In this document: in pieces, positions 9,880-19,717 of the stretch
Layout: each line of letters opens with the position of its first letter
Position numbering within the stretch: the stretch's first letter is position 1
From: an uncultured Staphylococcaceae bacterium
Lineage (GTDB): Bacteria > Bacillota_I > Bacilli_A > ML615J-28 > CAG-313
Direction: 5' to 3'
Assembly: GCA_964453965.1 (NCBI GenBank)
Contig: CAYVQA010000003.1
Coordinates: forward strand, 1-42,607
DNA length: 42,607 nucleotides
Notes under the pieces: generated by a model
The model's database searches: none
Seen by the model: only the letters and a program-made list of their open reading frames with translations
Told to the model about the DNA's origin: nothing
Program-made: the position numbers and the translations under genes

Positions 9880-9898
9880 TAACTCCTCCTTATTTTAA

Positions 9899-10996
9899 TT
9901 AAACGTTAAATCTAAAAAGCATAATGTCACCATCTTGGACAACATACTCTTTTCCTTCTAAGCGAACCCGGCCAGCTTCTTTCACTTTTAATGGTGTTTT
10001 ATAAGTCATTAAATCCGCAAACGAATAAGTTTCGGCTCGAATAAAGCCTCTTTCAAAGTCAGTATGAATAACGCCTGCGCATTCTGGAGCTTTCATTCCA
10101 TCTTTAAATGTCCAAGCTCGGCATTCATCGGCTCCAGCTGTTAAGAATGTTTTTAAGCCTAATAAATGATAAGCCTTTTTGATTAAAATATCAAGACCAC
10201 TTTCATTTAAACCATATTCACTTAAAAATTCTTGTTTTGTTTCATCATCAAGTTCACTCAATTCTTCTTCGATTTTAGCACAAACCATAACAACTTCAGC
10301 TTGATTATTTTTAGCATATTCTTTTACTTTTTCAACATATTCATTGCCATTTGCAATTGAATCTTCATCAACATTCGCAATATAAAGCATTGGTTTCATT
10401 GTTAAAAAGCAATAATTTTTAATGAAGAATTTTTCTTCAGCTGATAAATCAACTAAACGTGCAGGAATTCCTTGTTCTAAAGCATCTTTCATTTTAGTTA
10501 AAATAGAAAATTCTAAAACAGCATCCTTATCAACTTTAAGTTGAGCTTTCTTTTCAATTTTTGGTAATCTTTTTTCAATTACATCTAAATCTGCTAAAAT
10601 CAATTCATAGTTAATTGTTTCAATATCGCGAATTGGATCAATTGTCCCTTCAACATGAATAATATCGCCACTATCAAAGCATCTTACAACTTCGCAAATA
10701 GCATCAACATTACGAATATGTGATAAAAATTGGTTTCCTAATCCTTCACCTTGGCTTGCGCCTTTAACAAGGCCGGCAATATCCGTAAAAGAAAATGTTG
10801 TTGGGACTACTCTTTTAGGATTAAAAATTGAAGCTAAAAAATCTAATCGATCATCTTTTACTTCAACTACACCTACATTTGGTTCAATTGTCGCAAAAGG
10901 ATAGTTTGCGGCTAAAACTTTTGTTTTTGTTATCGCATTAAAAAGTGTTGATTTTCCTACATTAGGCAAACCAACAATACCAGCAGTTAAACCCAT
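9899..10996 (-). CDS. ychF: ribosome-binding ATPase YchF
   Basis: GIVGLPNVGKSTLFNAIT P-loop, 365 aa, and the typical C-terminal ...VQDGDIMLFRFNV. Confidence 0.95.
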   Translation of the reverse strand: MGLTAGIVGLPNVGKSTLFNAITKTKVLAANYPFATIEPNVGVVEVKDDRLDFLASIFNPKRVVPTTFSFTDIAGLVKGASQGEGLGNQFLSHIRNVDAICEVVRCFDSGDIIHVEGTIDPIRDIETINYELILADLDVIEKRLPKIEKKAQLKVDKDAVLEFSILTKMKDALEQGIPARLVDLSAEEKFFIKNYCFLTMKPMLYIANVDEDSIANGNEYVEKVKEYAKNNQAEVVMVCAKIEEELSELDDETKQEFLSEYGLNESGLDILIKKAYHLLGLKTFLTAGADECRAWTFKDGMKAPECAGVIHTDFERGFIRAETYSFADLMTYKTPLKVKEAGRVRLEGKEYVVQDGDIMLFRFNV

Positions 10997-11064
10997 ATTA
11001 ATTCCTCTTTTCTTATATGTTTATATTTTTATTTATAATTATCATATTTTATGAATACTTATTA

Positions 11065-11093
11065 ATTATAGCACATTTGAAAAAATAAGTAAA
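11065..11093 (-). promoter_or_regulatory. candidate promoter of ychF-cca-yhaM
   Basis: On the minus strand: TTTACT (11088-11093), 17 nt, then extended -10 TGcTATAAT (hexamer 11065-11070). Confidence 0.45.
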
Positions 11094-11167
11094 CTTAACC
11101 GATTATTAATTTTTTAAAAAATTATATTAAATACCGTATAGAATGTCTAATTTTATAAAAAATAATA

Positions 11168-13114
11168 TTGGTGATTTTTGTGAATAAGTTTTTTCACTTT
11201 TTTTATAATTTTGCAAAAATGTTATTAATTGTATCATTATTTATTTTTTTATTAATATCTATTAGTTATGTTATTATTAGCAAAAAATTGAATTACGAAA
11301 TGCCAACCATTTCAATTATAGAATTATATGACAGTGATGAAGTGAAATTTTTGTCATTATGTAATGGTCAAAAACAAAATTACGTCAAATTAGAAGATAT
11401 TAATACTAATTTAATTAATGCTTTTATTAGTCTTGAAGACAAACGCTTTTATAAGCATCATGGTGTTGATTTAATTCGTATTGGTGGTGCCTTTATCGCT
11501 AATCTTAAATCAAAAAGTTATGTCGAAGGCGCATCGACAATTACACAACAATACGTTAAAAATTTATTTTTAAACAATGAAAAAAAATTAAAAAGAAAGA
11601 TTTATGAAGCTTTTATTGCGATGGTTTTAGAAAATAAATATTCAAAAAATGAAATATTAGAAGGTTATTTAAATTCAATTTATTTTGACCACGGAATCTA
11701 TGGTGTTGAAGACGCATCACTTTATTATTTTGGCAAACATGCTAAAGATATTTCTTTAATTGAAGCAGTATCCCTCGCAAGCATTCCAAAAAGTCCTGTT
11801 TATTATTCACCAATTAAAAATCCTACAAATAACGAAACAAGGCGAAAACTAGCATTAAAGGAAATGTTAAATGATGATGTTATTTCTATTATTGAATATC
11901 AAGAAGCAATTGACACAAAATTAGAAATTGTTGGGAAAAATATTAAGACAGATGATTCACTTGCACCTTGGTTTCAAGATAGTGTAATTTCTGAATTAAA
12001 AAAACATCCCGACATTATAAAACTTAGTTCTAACGGAATTAAAGTTTACACAACTTTAAATCGTGAGCTTAATAATATTATTACTGAATCAATCACAAAA
12101 AGAATTCCTGAAAGTGAAATCGAATTATCAATTTGTGCACTCGAACCAAAAACAGGTAAAATACTGGCCATTATTGGCGGCAAGGATTATCAAATTAGTA
12201 ATTACAATCGAGCATTAAATAGTTATCGTCAACCAGGTTCAACAGTAAAACCTTTTTTATATTTGGCCGCACTAGAAAAGGGATTCACGGTTGCGACAAC
12301 ATTTAAAAGTGAAAAAACGACATTTTATTTAGATAATGAAACATATTCTCCTACTAATTTTAAGGAAATTTATGCGGATATGGATATTTCAATGACTTAT
12401 GCTCTTGCAACAAGCGATAATATTTATGCAATGAAAACACATCTATTTTTAGGTGTAAATGTTCTTGCAAATACTTTAAAAAAATTTGGCATCACTTCAG
12501 AAATACCTCTTTTGCCATCAATTGCTCTTGGAACTATGGAAGTTAATCTTTTAGAAATGACAAGTTGTTATAATACTTTAGCTAATCTTGGAATTAAAAC
12601 AAAACCAACTTTTATTAATCAAGTTAAAACAATGGATGATAAAATAATTTATGAAGAAAAAATTAATGAAAATATCATTGCGGATTCAACCGATTGTTAT
12701 TTACTTAATGAAGCGATGACTAGTGTTTTCGACAATAAAATGACTTATAATATAAGGCCAACTTGCGCCGCAATTTCTAGTATGTTATCAAATAAATATA
12801 GTGCTAAAAGTGGTTCTACCGATACGGATAATTGGATTTTTGGTTATAATCAAGATATTACTATTGGAATTTGGACAGGATTTGATGATAATCGTAAAGT
12901 TGAAAATATTAATGATTTACGTTTTGGAAAATATATTTGGGCTGATTGTGTTGAAGGATATTTAAAAAATAAACAAACAAATTGGTATGAAACACCTGAC
13001 AATGTTGTTAATGCTGAATTAAACCCGATGACTGGGTTTTATCCATCAATGGATGAATACGCAAAAAATATGTATTTTCGCCGTGATAATGTTCCTTGGT
13101 ATTTATTAATTTAA
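11168..13114 (+). CDS. class A penicillin-binding protein (GT51 glycosyltransferase plus transpeptidase)
   Basis: GT51 motifs EDKRFYKHHGVD, GASTITQQ and RKIYEAFIAMVLE. Transpeptidase motifs STVKP (SxxK), SDN (SxN) and KSGST (K[ST]G). An N-terminal TM segment is present. The start is ambiguous: TTG 11168, GTG 11171, or GTG 11180 with GGTGA 5 nt upstream. Confidence 0.9.
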   Translation: MVIFVNKFFHFFYNFAKMLLIVSLFIFLLISISYVIISKKLNYEMPTISIIELYDSDEVKFLSLCNGQKQNYVKLEDINTNLINAFISLEDKRFYKHHGVDLIRIGGAFIANLKSKSYVEGASTITQQYVKNLFLNNEKKLKRKIYEAFIAMVLENKYSKNEILEGYLNSIYFDHGIYGVEDASLYYFGKHAKDISLIEAVSLASIPKSPVYYSPIKNPTNNETRRKLALKEMLNDDVISIIEYQEAIDTKLEIVGKNIKTDDSLAPWFQDSVISELKKHPDIIKLSSNGIKVYTTLNRELNNIITESITKRIPESEIELSICALEPKTGKILAIIGGKDYQISNYNRALNSYRQPGSTVKPFLYLAALEKGFTVATTFKSEKTTFYLDNETYSPTNFKEIYADMDISMTYALATSDNIYAMKTHLFLGVNVLANTLKKFGITSEIPLLPSIALGTMEVNLLEMTSCYNTLANLGIKTKPTFINQVKTMDDKIIYEEKINENIIADSTDCYLLNEAMTSVFDNKMTYNIRPTCAAISSMLSNKYSAKSGSTDTDNWIFGYNQDITIGIWTGFDDNRKVENINDLRFGKYIWADCVEGYLKNKQTNWYETPDNVVNAELNPMTGFYPSMDEYAKNMYFRRDNVPWYLLI

Positions 13115-13117
13115 TTA

Positions 13118-13153
13118 AAGAAGTGTTCTATTTTCGGACACTTCTTATTTGTT
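13118..13153. terminator. bidirectional terminator between the convergent PBP and lipoprotein genes
   Basis: AAGAAGTGT (13118-13126) pairs with ACACTTCTT (13138-13146), followed by ATTTGTTT. Confidence 0.6.
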
Positions 13154-13166
13154 TAATTTATATTAA

Positions 13167-16100
13167 TTATTTTGATATTTCTACCACTGCATTTAACATT
13201 TCAATTTCAATTGTGACATTTTCTGTTAATGTTTGATTGCAATCTATAAAAATGTATAATGCAATTGATGGATCCAATGATGCCTTTAAAGTAATTTCTA
13301 CTTCTTGTGGTTCACCAGTAAAAATAATTTTTTGTTCTAATTTATTATTATATTTTAAAATCATTGAATGATTGACTGGACCAGTAACTTTTATTTTAAA
13401 ACTTACTGTATTTTCAATTTCCAATTCATTAATAATTAGTTTTGAAACAGAAAATTTCTTTTTTTCTATTGTTCCTGTAATTTTTAAAATTTCATTGTCA
13501 TTTGAAATTTCATATGCACCTACATCAGCTGATGTCCATCCTTCTAACAAAGAAACATTTTTATATTCTTTTTCAACTGGCGTCGATGGTTTAATTTCTG
13601 CAATTTGTCTAACTAATTCTATTTTTTCAAATATCAGTGTTATTGAATTTTCTATTTTTTTGCCAGGCTCAACAAATAAATATAATGCTTTAGAAGTATC
13701 TAATGCTACTTTAAAAATTACTTCTATTTCTTGGAATTCACCAGTTAATTCAAATTTTTCTTCTTTTGCATTGTTATACTTGACAAGTAAATATTTTCCT
13801 TTTTCACCTTTAACTTTAATTTTTATACTATAAAAATCTTCATAATTATCAGTAATTATGTATTTTAAAACAGAATATGTACCTTTTGAAGTCGTCGCAA
13901 CAACTGTAAAACCATTGTCATTTGATGTAATTTCATATGCATTTTTCTCTGGTGAAGTCCAACCATTTGTAATATCTACTGTTTCATACTTATAAGTTAC
14001 ATCATCAGGATTAATTGTTTCATGTACTAAAGATTTTAACTGCATTTTTGTAAATGTTATTGTTTGATTTTCTTCGATTTTCTTACCACCATCAATGAAT
14101 ATAATTAAATGATTCGTTAATGATAAATCTAATGTTTGTTCAAATATAATTTCTATTTTTTGAAGTTCACCAGTTAGAACTATTTTTTGTTCCTTTTTAT
14201 TGTTATATTTTATAATAACTGTATGTTCTTTTGGACCAGTAAGTTCAACAATCATTGATTTTATATATTTTGCATCAACGCTATCAATTGTTGATAAATC
14301 AATTCTTACAAAAGACCATGTTCCTTTACTTGGGGTTGCGGTGATTAAAGTATTATTGTTTTTTTCTTCTATTTCATAAGCAGATACATCAGCTGATGTC
14401 AAACCATTTTTAATATCAATTAAATCATATTTATCAATTGGATCTAAAAGCTCAAATTTTGTAAATGTTATTGATTCATCTTCTGTTAATGTTTCATTTG
14501 GCGCATAGAATAAAATTATTCTAATACTAGAATCAATTGGTGTTGAAAGTAAAATCCATTCTTCTTGATGTTCACTTGTGATTACAATTTTCTTTTCAAC
14601 TTTGTTATTATATTTAACTATAATTTTTCTACCGACAATTCCTTCAAATTCAAGATGTAAAACATTTGTATATTTTAAATTATATGCCGAAATATCTTTT
14701 GCAATATATGAATATTTAGCTTTTGAAACTGTTCCTGTAATTGTTAGTTCGTTTTCTTTTTCAACTATTTTATAAGTATTTTCATCTTGCTCAACCCAAC
14801 CACTTAATAGTGAATATGGATTTTCTTTATCTGATAAATCTTTTAGTGTTTTCCATTTTGCATAAATTGTGATGTCTTCTTTCCCCATTACAAGATTTGA
14901 ATCTGTTAATAATTCATCACGATACCAACCGATAAATTCCCATCCTTCTACTTCAAGTTTTTCAGTTGGAATAGTAATTCCTTCTTTAACTTCTATTTGT
15001 TCTAATTCGATGTCTGTATTTGTTATAAAAGTCACTTTGTGACTAGGCGCATCAATCCATTTTGCATAAAGGGTTGTTGGCCCCATTGGCATTGTTATAC
15101 TTGTAAAAGCTGTCATAAATTCATTATCTAAATACCAACCATCAAATAGATATCCTGGTTTAGTAGGATTTTCTGGCATTGTAATAGTTGAATTATATTT
15201 TCCAGTTAATGATTGCACTTTACTTCCACCATTTGAATTAAAAATGATTGCTTGTTCTTCTTCTTCATTAATGTTTTTTAATTTGCAAAATTCTAGTGTT
15301 TGAATTTCTACAGTTGTATCTAAATCATTTCCTGTTTTTGTACCGTCAATAAAAATTAATATTCTTTGCCCTGATTCACTTGCGATATTTTCCTTAGGAA
15401 TAATCCAATATTCATCTTGAAGTTCTCCAGTAAAATCAAAGTTTTGTTGGATTGCGGATACATTACCACCTTCTAATTTTACAATCATTTGTGAGTTTTC
15501 AGTACCTATAAATTTTAGATGCAATACTGTATAACCATCTAATGAAACTGAAATTGGTGAATATAAATAACTCCATACAGTTTTACTTTCTGTTGGGGTG
15601 ATTTTTACTGATTTTTCATTTTTTTCTAATATATAATGATTTGTTTCATTGACTACCAAACCTTGTAAAAAATCTATTGTTGTTCCTTTTTCAATGTCTG
15701 CCCAATTCGCATAAAGTGTGACTGGATGGTTAGGTACTGTAAATATTGATTCAACTTTATTTACAAATTCATCATCATAATACCAACCAATAAATTGTTT
15801 CCCTGATTCATCAGTTGGAATTGGTAAAATCACTAATTCATTTGCATCACGTTTATATTCATTTATTGGGTTACCACCTTTTGTATCAAAGATAATACTT
15901 ACATTCCATTTTGCATATAATGTATAGTTTTTCAATTCTAATTTTTTATCAAAATCAAAAGTTTCTTCTAAGTCTTCATCAATGCACCATTCAATAAATG
16001 TTGCGTTATCTTTTATAGGATTATTTGGTTTATTTATTTTTTTCTCTTCTGTGAATTTTATATTGCTTACTTTTGTACCTCCATTTGTATTAAATGATAC

Positions 16101-16190
16101 AGTATAATAAGTTTTTTTATCATTATTATTACAACTAATTAATGTCATTGAAGTTATTATAATAAGTAATAATTTGATAATTCGTTTCAT
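13167..16190 (-). CDS. 1007-aa lipoprotein with four Listeria-Bacteroides (InlB B-repeat type) repeats and five copies of an unassigned ~140-aa module
   Basis: Lipobox MTLISC. B-repeats include YTVSFNTNGGTKV...LYAKW, IIFDTKGGNPI...LYANW, IIFNSNGGSKV...LYAKW and VTFITNT...IYAKW. The repeated modules share (N/E)GWTS..v.AYEI....n..i.at.sKg.yS ... (I/L)KYNNk.EqKi..TGE.Qe.E motifs. Confidence 0.7.
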   Translation of the reverse strand: MKRIIKLLLIIITSMTLISCNNNDKKTYYTVSFNTNGGTKVSNIKFTEEKKINKPNNPIKDNATFIEWCIDEDLEETFDFDKKLELKNYTLYAKWNVSIIFDTKGGNPINEYKRDANELVILPIPTDESGKQFIGWYYDDEFVNKVESIFTVPNHPVTLYANWADIEKGTTIDFLQGLVVNETNHYILEKNEKSVKITPTESKTVWSYLYSPISVSLDGYTVLHLKFIGTENSQMIVKLEGGNVSAIQQNFDFTGELQDEYWIIPKENIASESGQRILIFIDGTKTGNDLDTTVEIQTLEFCKLKNINEEEEQAIIFNSNGGSKVQSLTGKYNSTITMPENPTKPGYLFDGWYLDNEFMTAFTSITMPMGPTTLYAKWIDAPSHKVTFITNTDIELEQIEVKEGITIPTEKLEVEGWEFIGWYRDELLTDSNLVMGKEDITIYAKWKTLKDLSDKENPYSLLSGWVEQDENTYKIVEKENELTITGTVSKAKYSYIAKDISAYNLKYTNVLHLEFEGIVGRKIIVKYNNKVEKKIVITSEHQEEWILLSTPIDSSIRIILFYAPNETLTEDESITFTKFELLDPIDKYDLIDIKNGLTSADVSAYEIEEKNNNTLITATPSKGTWSFVRIDLSTIDSVDAKYIKSMIVELTGPKEHTVIIKYNNKKEQKIVLTGELQKIEIIFEQTLDLSLTNHLIIFIDGGKKIEENQTITFTKMQLKSLVHETINPDDVTYKYETVDITNGWTSPEKNAYEITSNDNGFTVVATTSKGTYSVLKYIITDNYEDFYSIKIKVKGEKGKYLLVKYNNAKEEKFELTGEFQEIEVIFKVALDTSKALYLFVEPGKKIENSITLIFEKIELVRQIAEIKPSTPVEKEYKNVSLLEGWTSADVGAYEISNDNEILKITGTIEKKKFSVSKLIINELEIENTVSFKIKVTGPVNHSMILKYNNKLEQKIIFTGEPQEVEITLKASLDPSIALYIFIDCNQTLTENVTIEIEMLNAVVEISK
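13170..14852 (-). repeat. four consecutive copies of the ~140-aa module (protein-level tandem repeat); a fifth diverged copy lies at about 15257-15701
   Basis: Reading the translation: LLSGWVEQDENTYKIV..., NGLTSADVSAYEIEE..., NGWTSPEKNAYEITS... and EGWTSADVGAYEISN... each lead into a ...KYNNK.E.K... core. Confidence 0.6.
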
Positions 16191-16208
16191 TTTTTCTCCT
16201 TAAAATTT

Positions 16209-17909
16209 TTATTTTATTTTATTAACATAATCAATAATTATATCCGCATGTATATAATTATTGCGATAGGCAGTTGTTGAATTAATACAATGATTGCCTT
16301 CATATGTACGCATTTCAACTTTCGCATTTGGATTATAATTTAAAATTGTTTGATACGTTAATAATGTTTGTGCTTGTCTACAAGCAATATCATTTGTATA
16401 AGTAATTAATAATAAATTTTTAAATTTTGTTGTACTATTGATGTAATAAAGCGGTGCTTTTTCATCAATTCTTTGAAGTTGTGAATCTAAGCCATCTTCT
16501 ACTAGTACATTGAAATGCGTTGTTGGTTGTCCAGCTTCAATAATCCAGCCATCTATATCAGTTACTTTAATATTTACATTTTCTAAATATTCTTTATTAA
16601 AGCATAACATCATTGCAAGATAAGCACCAGCCGATTGACCAGAAACGATTATTTTTCCATTTACATTATTTTCTGTTAAATAGTCAATTACATATTTAAT
16701 GGCGTTTGCTGCATCAATAAAGAAATCCGGATATTTGCCTTCGGGATATAATCGATAATTAACTGAAACAAAGCCGATATTATTTTCAGCAACTTTTGAA
16801 GCTATTGCTACATGCGCTGCATCATCTTTACTTCCACCAGTTAATCCGCCACCATGAAAATGAATAACAGTATCATAATTATTTTGATTTGGTAAATACA
16901 TATCTAATTTACATGTATTAGATAATTCACTATAAGTTTGATTCATTTTTACCGTATATTCATTGTTTTCTCTGGATGGTTCTTGCGTAATTTTTGAATT
17001 TGAAATTTCAAAAGGATTTTCTAAAGCATTCAATACAGATTCTTTTACAATATCTAAATATGGGATAAATTTTTGAGGAATTAAATCATAATTTAAATCA
17101 TCAATATCCCAGTTTGTTATAGTTAACACTAAAGTTAGTCCAGCAATAAATTCACCTAAGTCTTCTAAATGATATCCATCTAAAGTAAAAGTATCGTCTA
17201 AATAACTTGTTCTCGCATTTTGAATTGCTGTTCCATTAGGAATTATAAAATCGAATAATTTGTTTGATAAAATTTTTTCTTTCACACATGTTATTATTTG
17301 TTGATACATTTCTAATTGATTATTATTATAATTAGCAAAATCAACGTGATTAGAACTCTGTGCATAAGCCCATGTCATATGCCAACCAACTCTTAGTTGT
17401 TCATTATTTTGAGAAGATCTTACAAATTCATTTAATGCTTTAATTTGTGCATTATATGTACTAATAAGGCCACTCTTTCCACTTGACTGTTGTAATGTAA
17501 TATAATCCCATTTTTCATCTTTTAATGCAGTAGACATTTTTGTACCATCAGAATTTTTGAATTCTCCGGTTGTATTTTTTCGATACGTATAACCAGGCTT
17601 ATCTGTCGCAGCATTATTTACATGCGTTTCAATATCACACCCACCAATATATAGGTTGCCTAAGATTATTTCTTGAACACCAAAAGCACTTAATATTTGA
17701 TAAGTGTATTTTAAAGCGTTATCCGAAAAGCTATTTCCAACGCAAAGTAATTTAAACGATTTTCTTGATGCAATCACTTTTTGTTCCTCCTCTTTTTGTT
17801 CTTCTTGTTTTGGTTCTTCCTTTGATGGTTGATTTGAATTACTCGTTTCACAACTTGTAAAACTAAAAACCATTAAAAATAAGATTAACAAACTCAAAAG
17901 TCTTTTCAT
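16209..17909 (-). CDS. lipoprotein fusing a DUF4886/SGNH-like domain to an alpha/beta-hydrolase esterase domain
   Basis: Lipobox FSFTSC and an E/K/Q-rich linker. LLCVGNSFSDNA is SGNH/DUF4886-like. The C-terminal half has HFHGGGLTGGS (HGGG oxyanion motif) and GQSAGAY (GxSxG nucleophile). The gap to the downstream lipoprotein gene is 18 nt. Confidence 0.7.
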   Translation of the reverse strand: MKRLLSLLILFLMVFSFTSCETSNSNQPSKEEPKQEEQKEEEQKVIASRKSFKLLCVGNSFSDNALKYTYQILSAFGVQEIILGNLYIGGCDIETHVNNAATDKPGYTYRKNTTGEFKNSDGTKMSTALKDEKWDYITLQQSSGKSGLISTYNAQIKALNEFVRSSQNNEQLRVGWHMTWAYAQSSNHVDFANYNNNQLEMYQQIITCVKEKILSNKLFDFIIPNGTAIQNARTSYLDDTFTLDGYHLEDLGEFIAGLTLVLTITNWDIDDLNYDLIPQKFIPYLDIVKESVLNALENPFEISNSKITQEPSRENNEYTVKMNQTYSELSNTCKLDMYLPNQNNYDTVIHFHGGGLTGGSKDDAAHVAIASKVAENNIGFVSVNYRLYPEGKYPDFFIDAANAIKYVIDYLTENNVNGKIIVSGQSAGAYLAMMLCFNKEYLENVNIKVTDIDGWIIEAGQPTTHFNVLVEDGLDSQLQRIDEKAPLYYINSTTKFKNLLLITYTNDIACRQAQTLLTYQTILNYNPNAKVEMRTYEGNHCINSTTAYRNNYIHADIIIDYVNKIK

Positions 17910-17927
17910 TTTTTCTCCTTTCTTTTA

Positions 17928-17941
17928 GTGAAACGTTTCAC
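17928..17941. promoter_or_regulatory. perfect 14-bp palindrome GTGAAACGTTTCAC, candidate LacI-family operator
   Basis: Exact inverted repeat centred on CG. It starts 7 nt downstream of the -10 hexamer of the esterase promoter and lies upstream of the AAGGAG RBS. It is adjacent to the 3' end of the LacI-family gene. Confidence 0.55.
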
Positions 17942-17948
17942 CGCAGAT

Positions 17949-17977
17949 AGTATAACACAAAATTTTTAAAATTGCAA
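17949..17977 (-). promoter_or_regulatory. sigma-A type promoter of the esterase/repeat-lipoprotein operon
   Basis: On the minus strand: TTGCAA (17972-17977), 17-nt spacer, then extended -10 TGtTATACT (hexamer 17949-17954). Confidence 0.55.
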
Positions 17978-18008
17978 CAAAAAACTACTAGATTTTGCCT
18001 AGTAGTTT
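17975..18008 (-). terminator. rho-independent terminator of the LacI-family gene, overlapping its stop codon
   Basis: AAACTACTAG (17982-17991) pairs with CTAGTAGTTT (17999-18008) around a 7-nt loop. TTTGTTG follows on the minus strand. Confidence 0.6.
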
Positions 18009-18982
18009 AGTTTTCCTGTATCTCTATCGATTAACTTAGTTTCAACATTAATATATTTATTATTATTTTCACCTTTTAAAATATCCATTGCTAAATTGCC
18101 AACTTTATTTCCATATTCGAACCAATCAATTGCAATTGTCGATAAAGATGGAGTAATATATTTTCCTTTATCAATATTATCAAAGCCAGATATTAAAATA
18201 TAATTTAAGCAATCTTTGTTGTTCTCTTTTAATGCGGAAATTGCACCAATCGCAAGTTCATCATTACTAGCAATTATTGCATCAATTTTAACATTCTGTT
18301 TTAAAAACTCTTTCATTACATCATACCCATGATGCTCAGTATAACCAATTCCATCTAGTATATATTGATCTTCTAATTTCAAATTACAATCATTAATTGC
18401 TTTTTTAAAACCTTCTAAACGTTCACTATTATGTTTAGACATTGCGGAGCCTGATATAAATACAAATGTTCTAGCGGCTTTATTGTAAAAATCAATTACT
18501 CTTTTATAGATTCCGTTGTTATTTTCAATGTATGTATTATAAACATTTTTGGCAATTACTTCTTTATCATATAAAATTACAGGACAATTTTTACTAATTT
18601 TTAAAACTTCTTCATCAGAAATTACTGGCGACATTATAAAGGCAACGTCAATAAGTCCATCGTAAATCATATCATATCCCATTCGTGCCATTCCTACAAT
18701 CAATTTATATTCATTTCCATTTTTTATAATTGTATCCGCAATTCCAGATAAAATTGTAGGATGAACCGGTCCTTTAAATCCCGGCAAATACACTCCTATT
18801 GTTCTAGGATGTTTATTTTTTAACCCTTGAGCATAAACATTAGGTACATATCCTAATTTATCCGCAATTTCTTTTATCTTTTTTTGCGTTTCAATAGGGA
18901 TTTTTTTATTTCCCGCAAGCGCATAACTTACCGTTGAAATACTATATCCACTAGCCTTTGATACATCTTTAATTGTTACCAT
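17999..18982 (-). CDS. LacI-family transcriptional repressor
   Basis: N-terminal HTH MVTIKDVSKASGYSISTVSYALAG, followed by a periplasmic-binding-protein-like sugar-binding fold. 327 aa. Confidence 0.9.
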   Translation of the reverse strand: MVTIKDVSKASGYSISTVSYALAGNKKIPIETQKKIKEIADKLGYVPNVYAQGLKNKHPRTIGVYLPGFKGPVHPTILSGIADTIIKNGNEYKLIVGMARMGYDMIYDGLIDVAFIMSPVISDEEVLKISKNCPVILYDKEVIAKNVYNTYIENNNGIYKRVIDFYNKAARTFVFISGSAMSKHNSERLEGFKKAINDCNLKLEDQYILDGIGYTEHHGYDVMKEFLKQNVKIDAIIASNDELAIGAISALKENNKDCLNYILISGFDNIDKGKYITPSLSTIAIDWFEYGNKVGNLAMDILKGENNNKYINVETKLIDRDTGKLNY

Positions 18983-19000
18983 AATTTCACCTACATTATT

Positions 19001-19699
19001 TTATAAATCATATCTTATTTCAATTGTATTTTTTGGATAAATTGCATCTTTTGCAATCTTAACATTTTTTGAAACATGAATTGTTTTTAAATTTTCACAA
19101 TAATAAAATGCAAAATTATTGATTTCTTTTACAGTTTTTGGAACATAGTATTCTGTTTCGTTTTTACATCTTGCGTAATTTAACAATAGACTTTTATTTT
19201 TATTAAATAAAACATTATTTTCACTTGAAAAATATTTATTTTTTGAATCCACTTCAATATATTTAACTTGTGAATAAAGAATTACGTTACTATTTTTTAT
19301 TTTTTTTAATTTATTACCAATAAAAATCATTCTAATATTTGATTCATCTAATAAATTCTTATCAATTTCATCAACGTTAATGATAAGAGATTTAACGTTT
19401 AGATTGAATGGTAAAATACCCACATCAGTTTTTGAACATTTTTCATCACTAATTTCTATTTTACTGATAGTATATTTGTTTTCTAATACTTCTTTAATAA
19501 TTATTTCATTATTATTATTTTCAATCGTTGTAAATGGCGAATTATCCCAATTAATTTGATGATTGAAAATAGCTTTAGAAAATTTATATATTTCAAATAG
19601 ATAATCTTTTTCATCATATTCTTTTAGACGTTGATATCCACATTCGCAAATAAATTTACTATTTTGATGTTCTTTTTGGCAAATTGGACAATTAGTCAT
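19001..19699 (-). CDS. cytoplasmic zinc-ribbon protein with a BspA-type leucine-rich repeat C-terminus
   Basis: N-terminal CPICQ...CECG zinc ribbon. The C-terminal KYFSSENNVLFNKNKSLLLNYARCKNETEYYVPKTVKEINNFAFYYCENLKTIHV fits the LRR_5/BspA pattern. No signal peptide. Confidence 0.6.
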   Translation of the reverse strand: MTNCPICQKEHQNSKFICECGYQRLKEYDEKDYLFEIYKFSKAIFNHQINWDNSPFTTIENNNNEIIIKEVLENKYTISKIEISDEKCSKTDVGILPFNLNVKSLIINVDEIDKNLLDESNIRMIFIGNKLKKIKNSNVILYSQVKYIEVDSKNKYFSSENNVLFNKNKSLLLNYARCKNETEYYVPKTVKEINNFAFYYCENLKTIHVSKNVKIAKDAIYPKNTIEIRYDL

Positions 19700-19717
19700 G
19701 TTAGTCTCCTACCAAAA

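Noticed and set aside
17928-17941. Reading GTGAAACGTTTCAC as a CcpA catabolite-responsive element (cre).
   Set aside because: The half-sites are offset by one base relative to the cre consensus TGWNANCGNTNWCA. The site is a perfect palindrome next to a dedicated LacI-family gene, so a local operator is the simpler reading. CcpA binding cannot be excluded without a genome-wide comparison.
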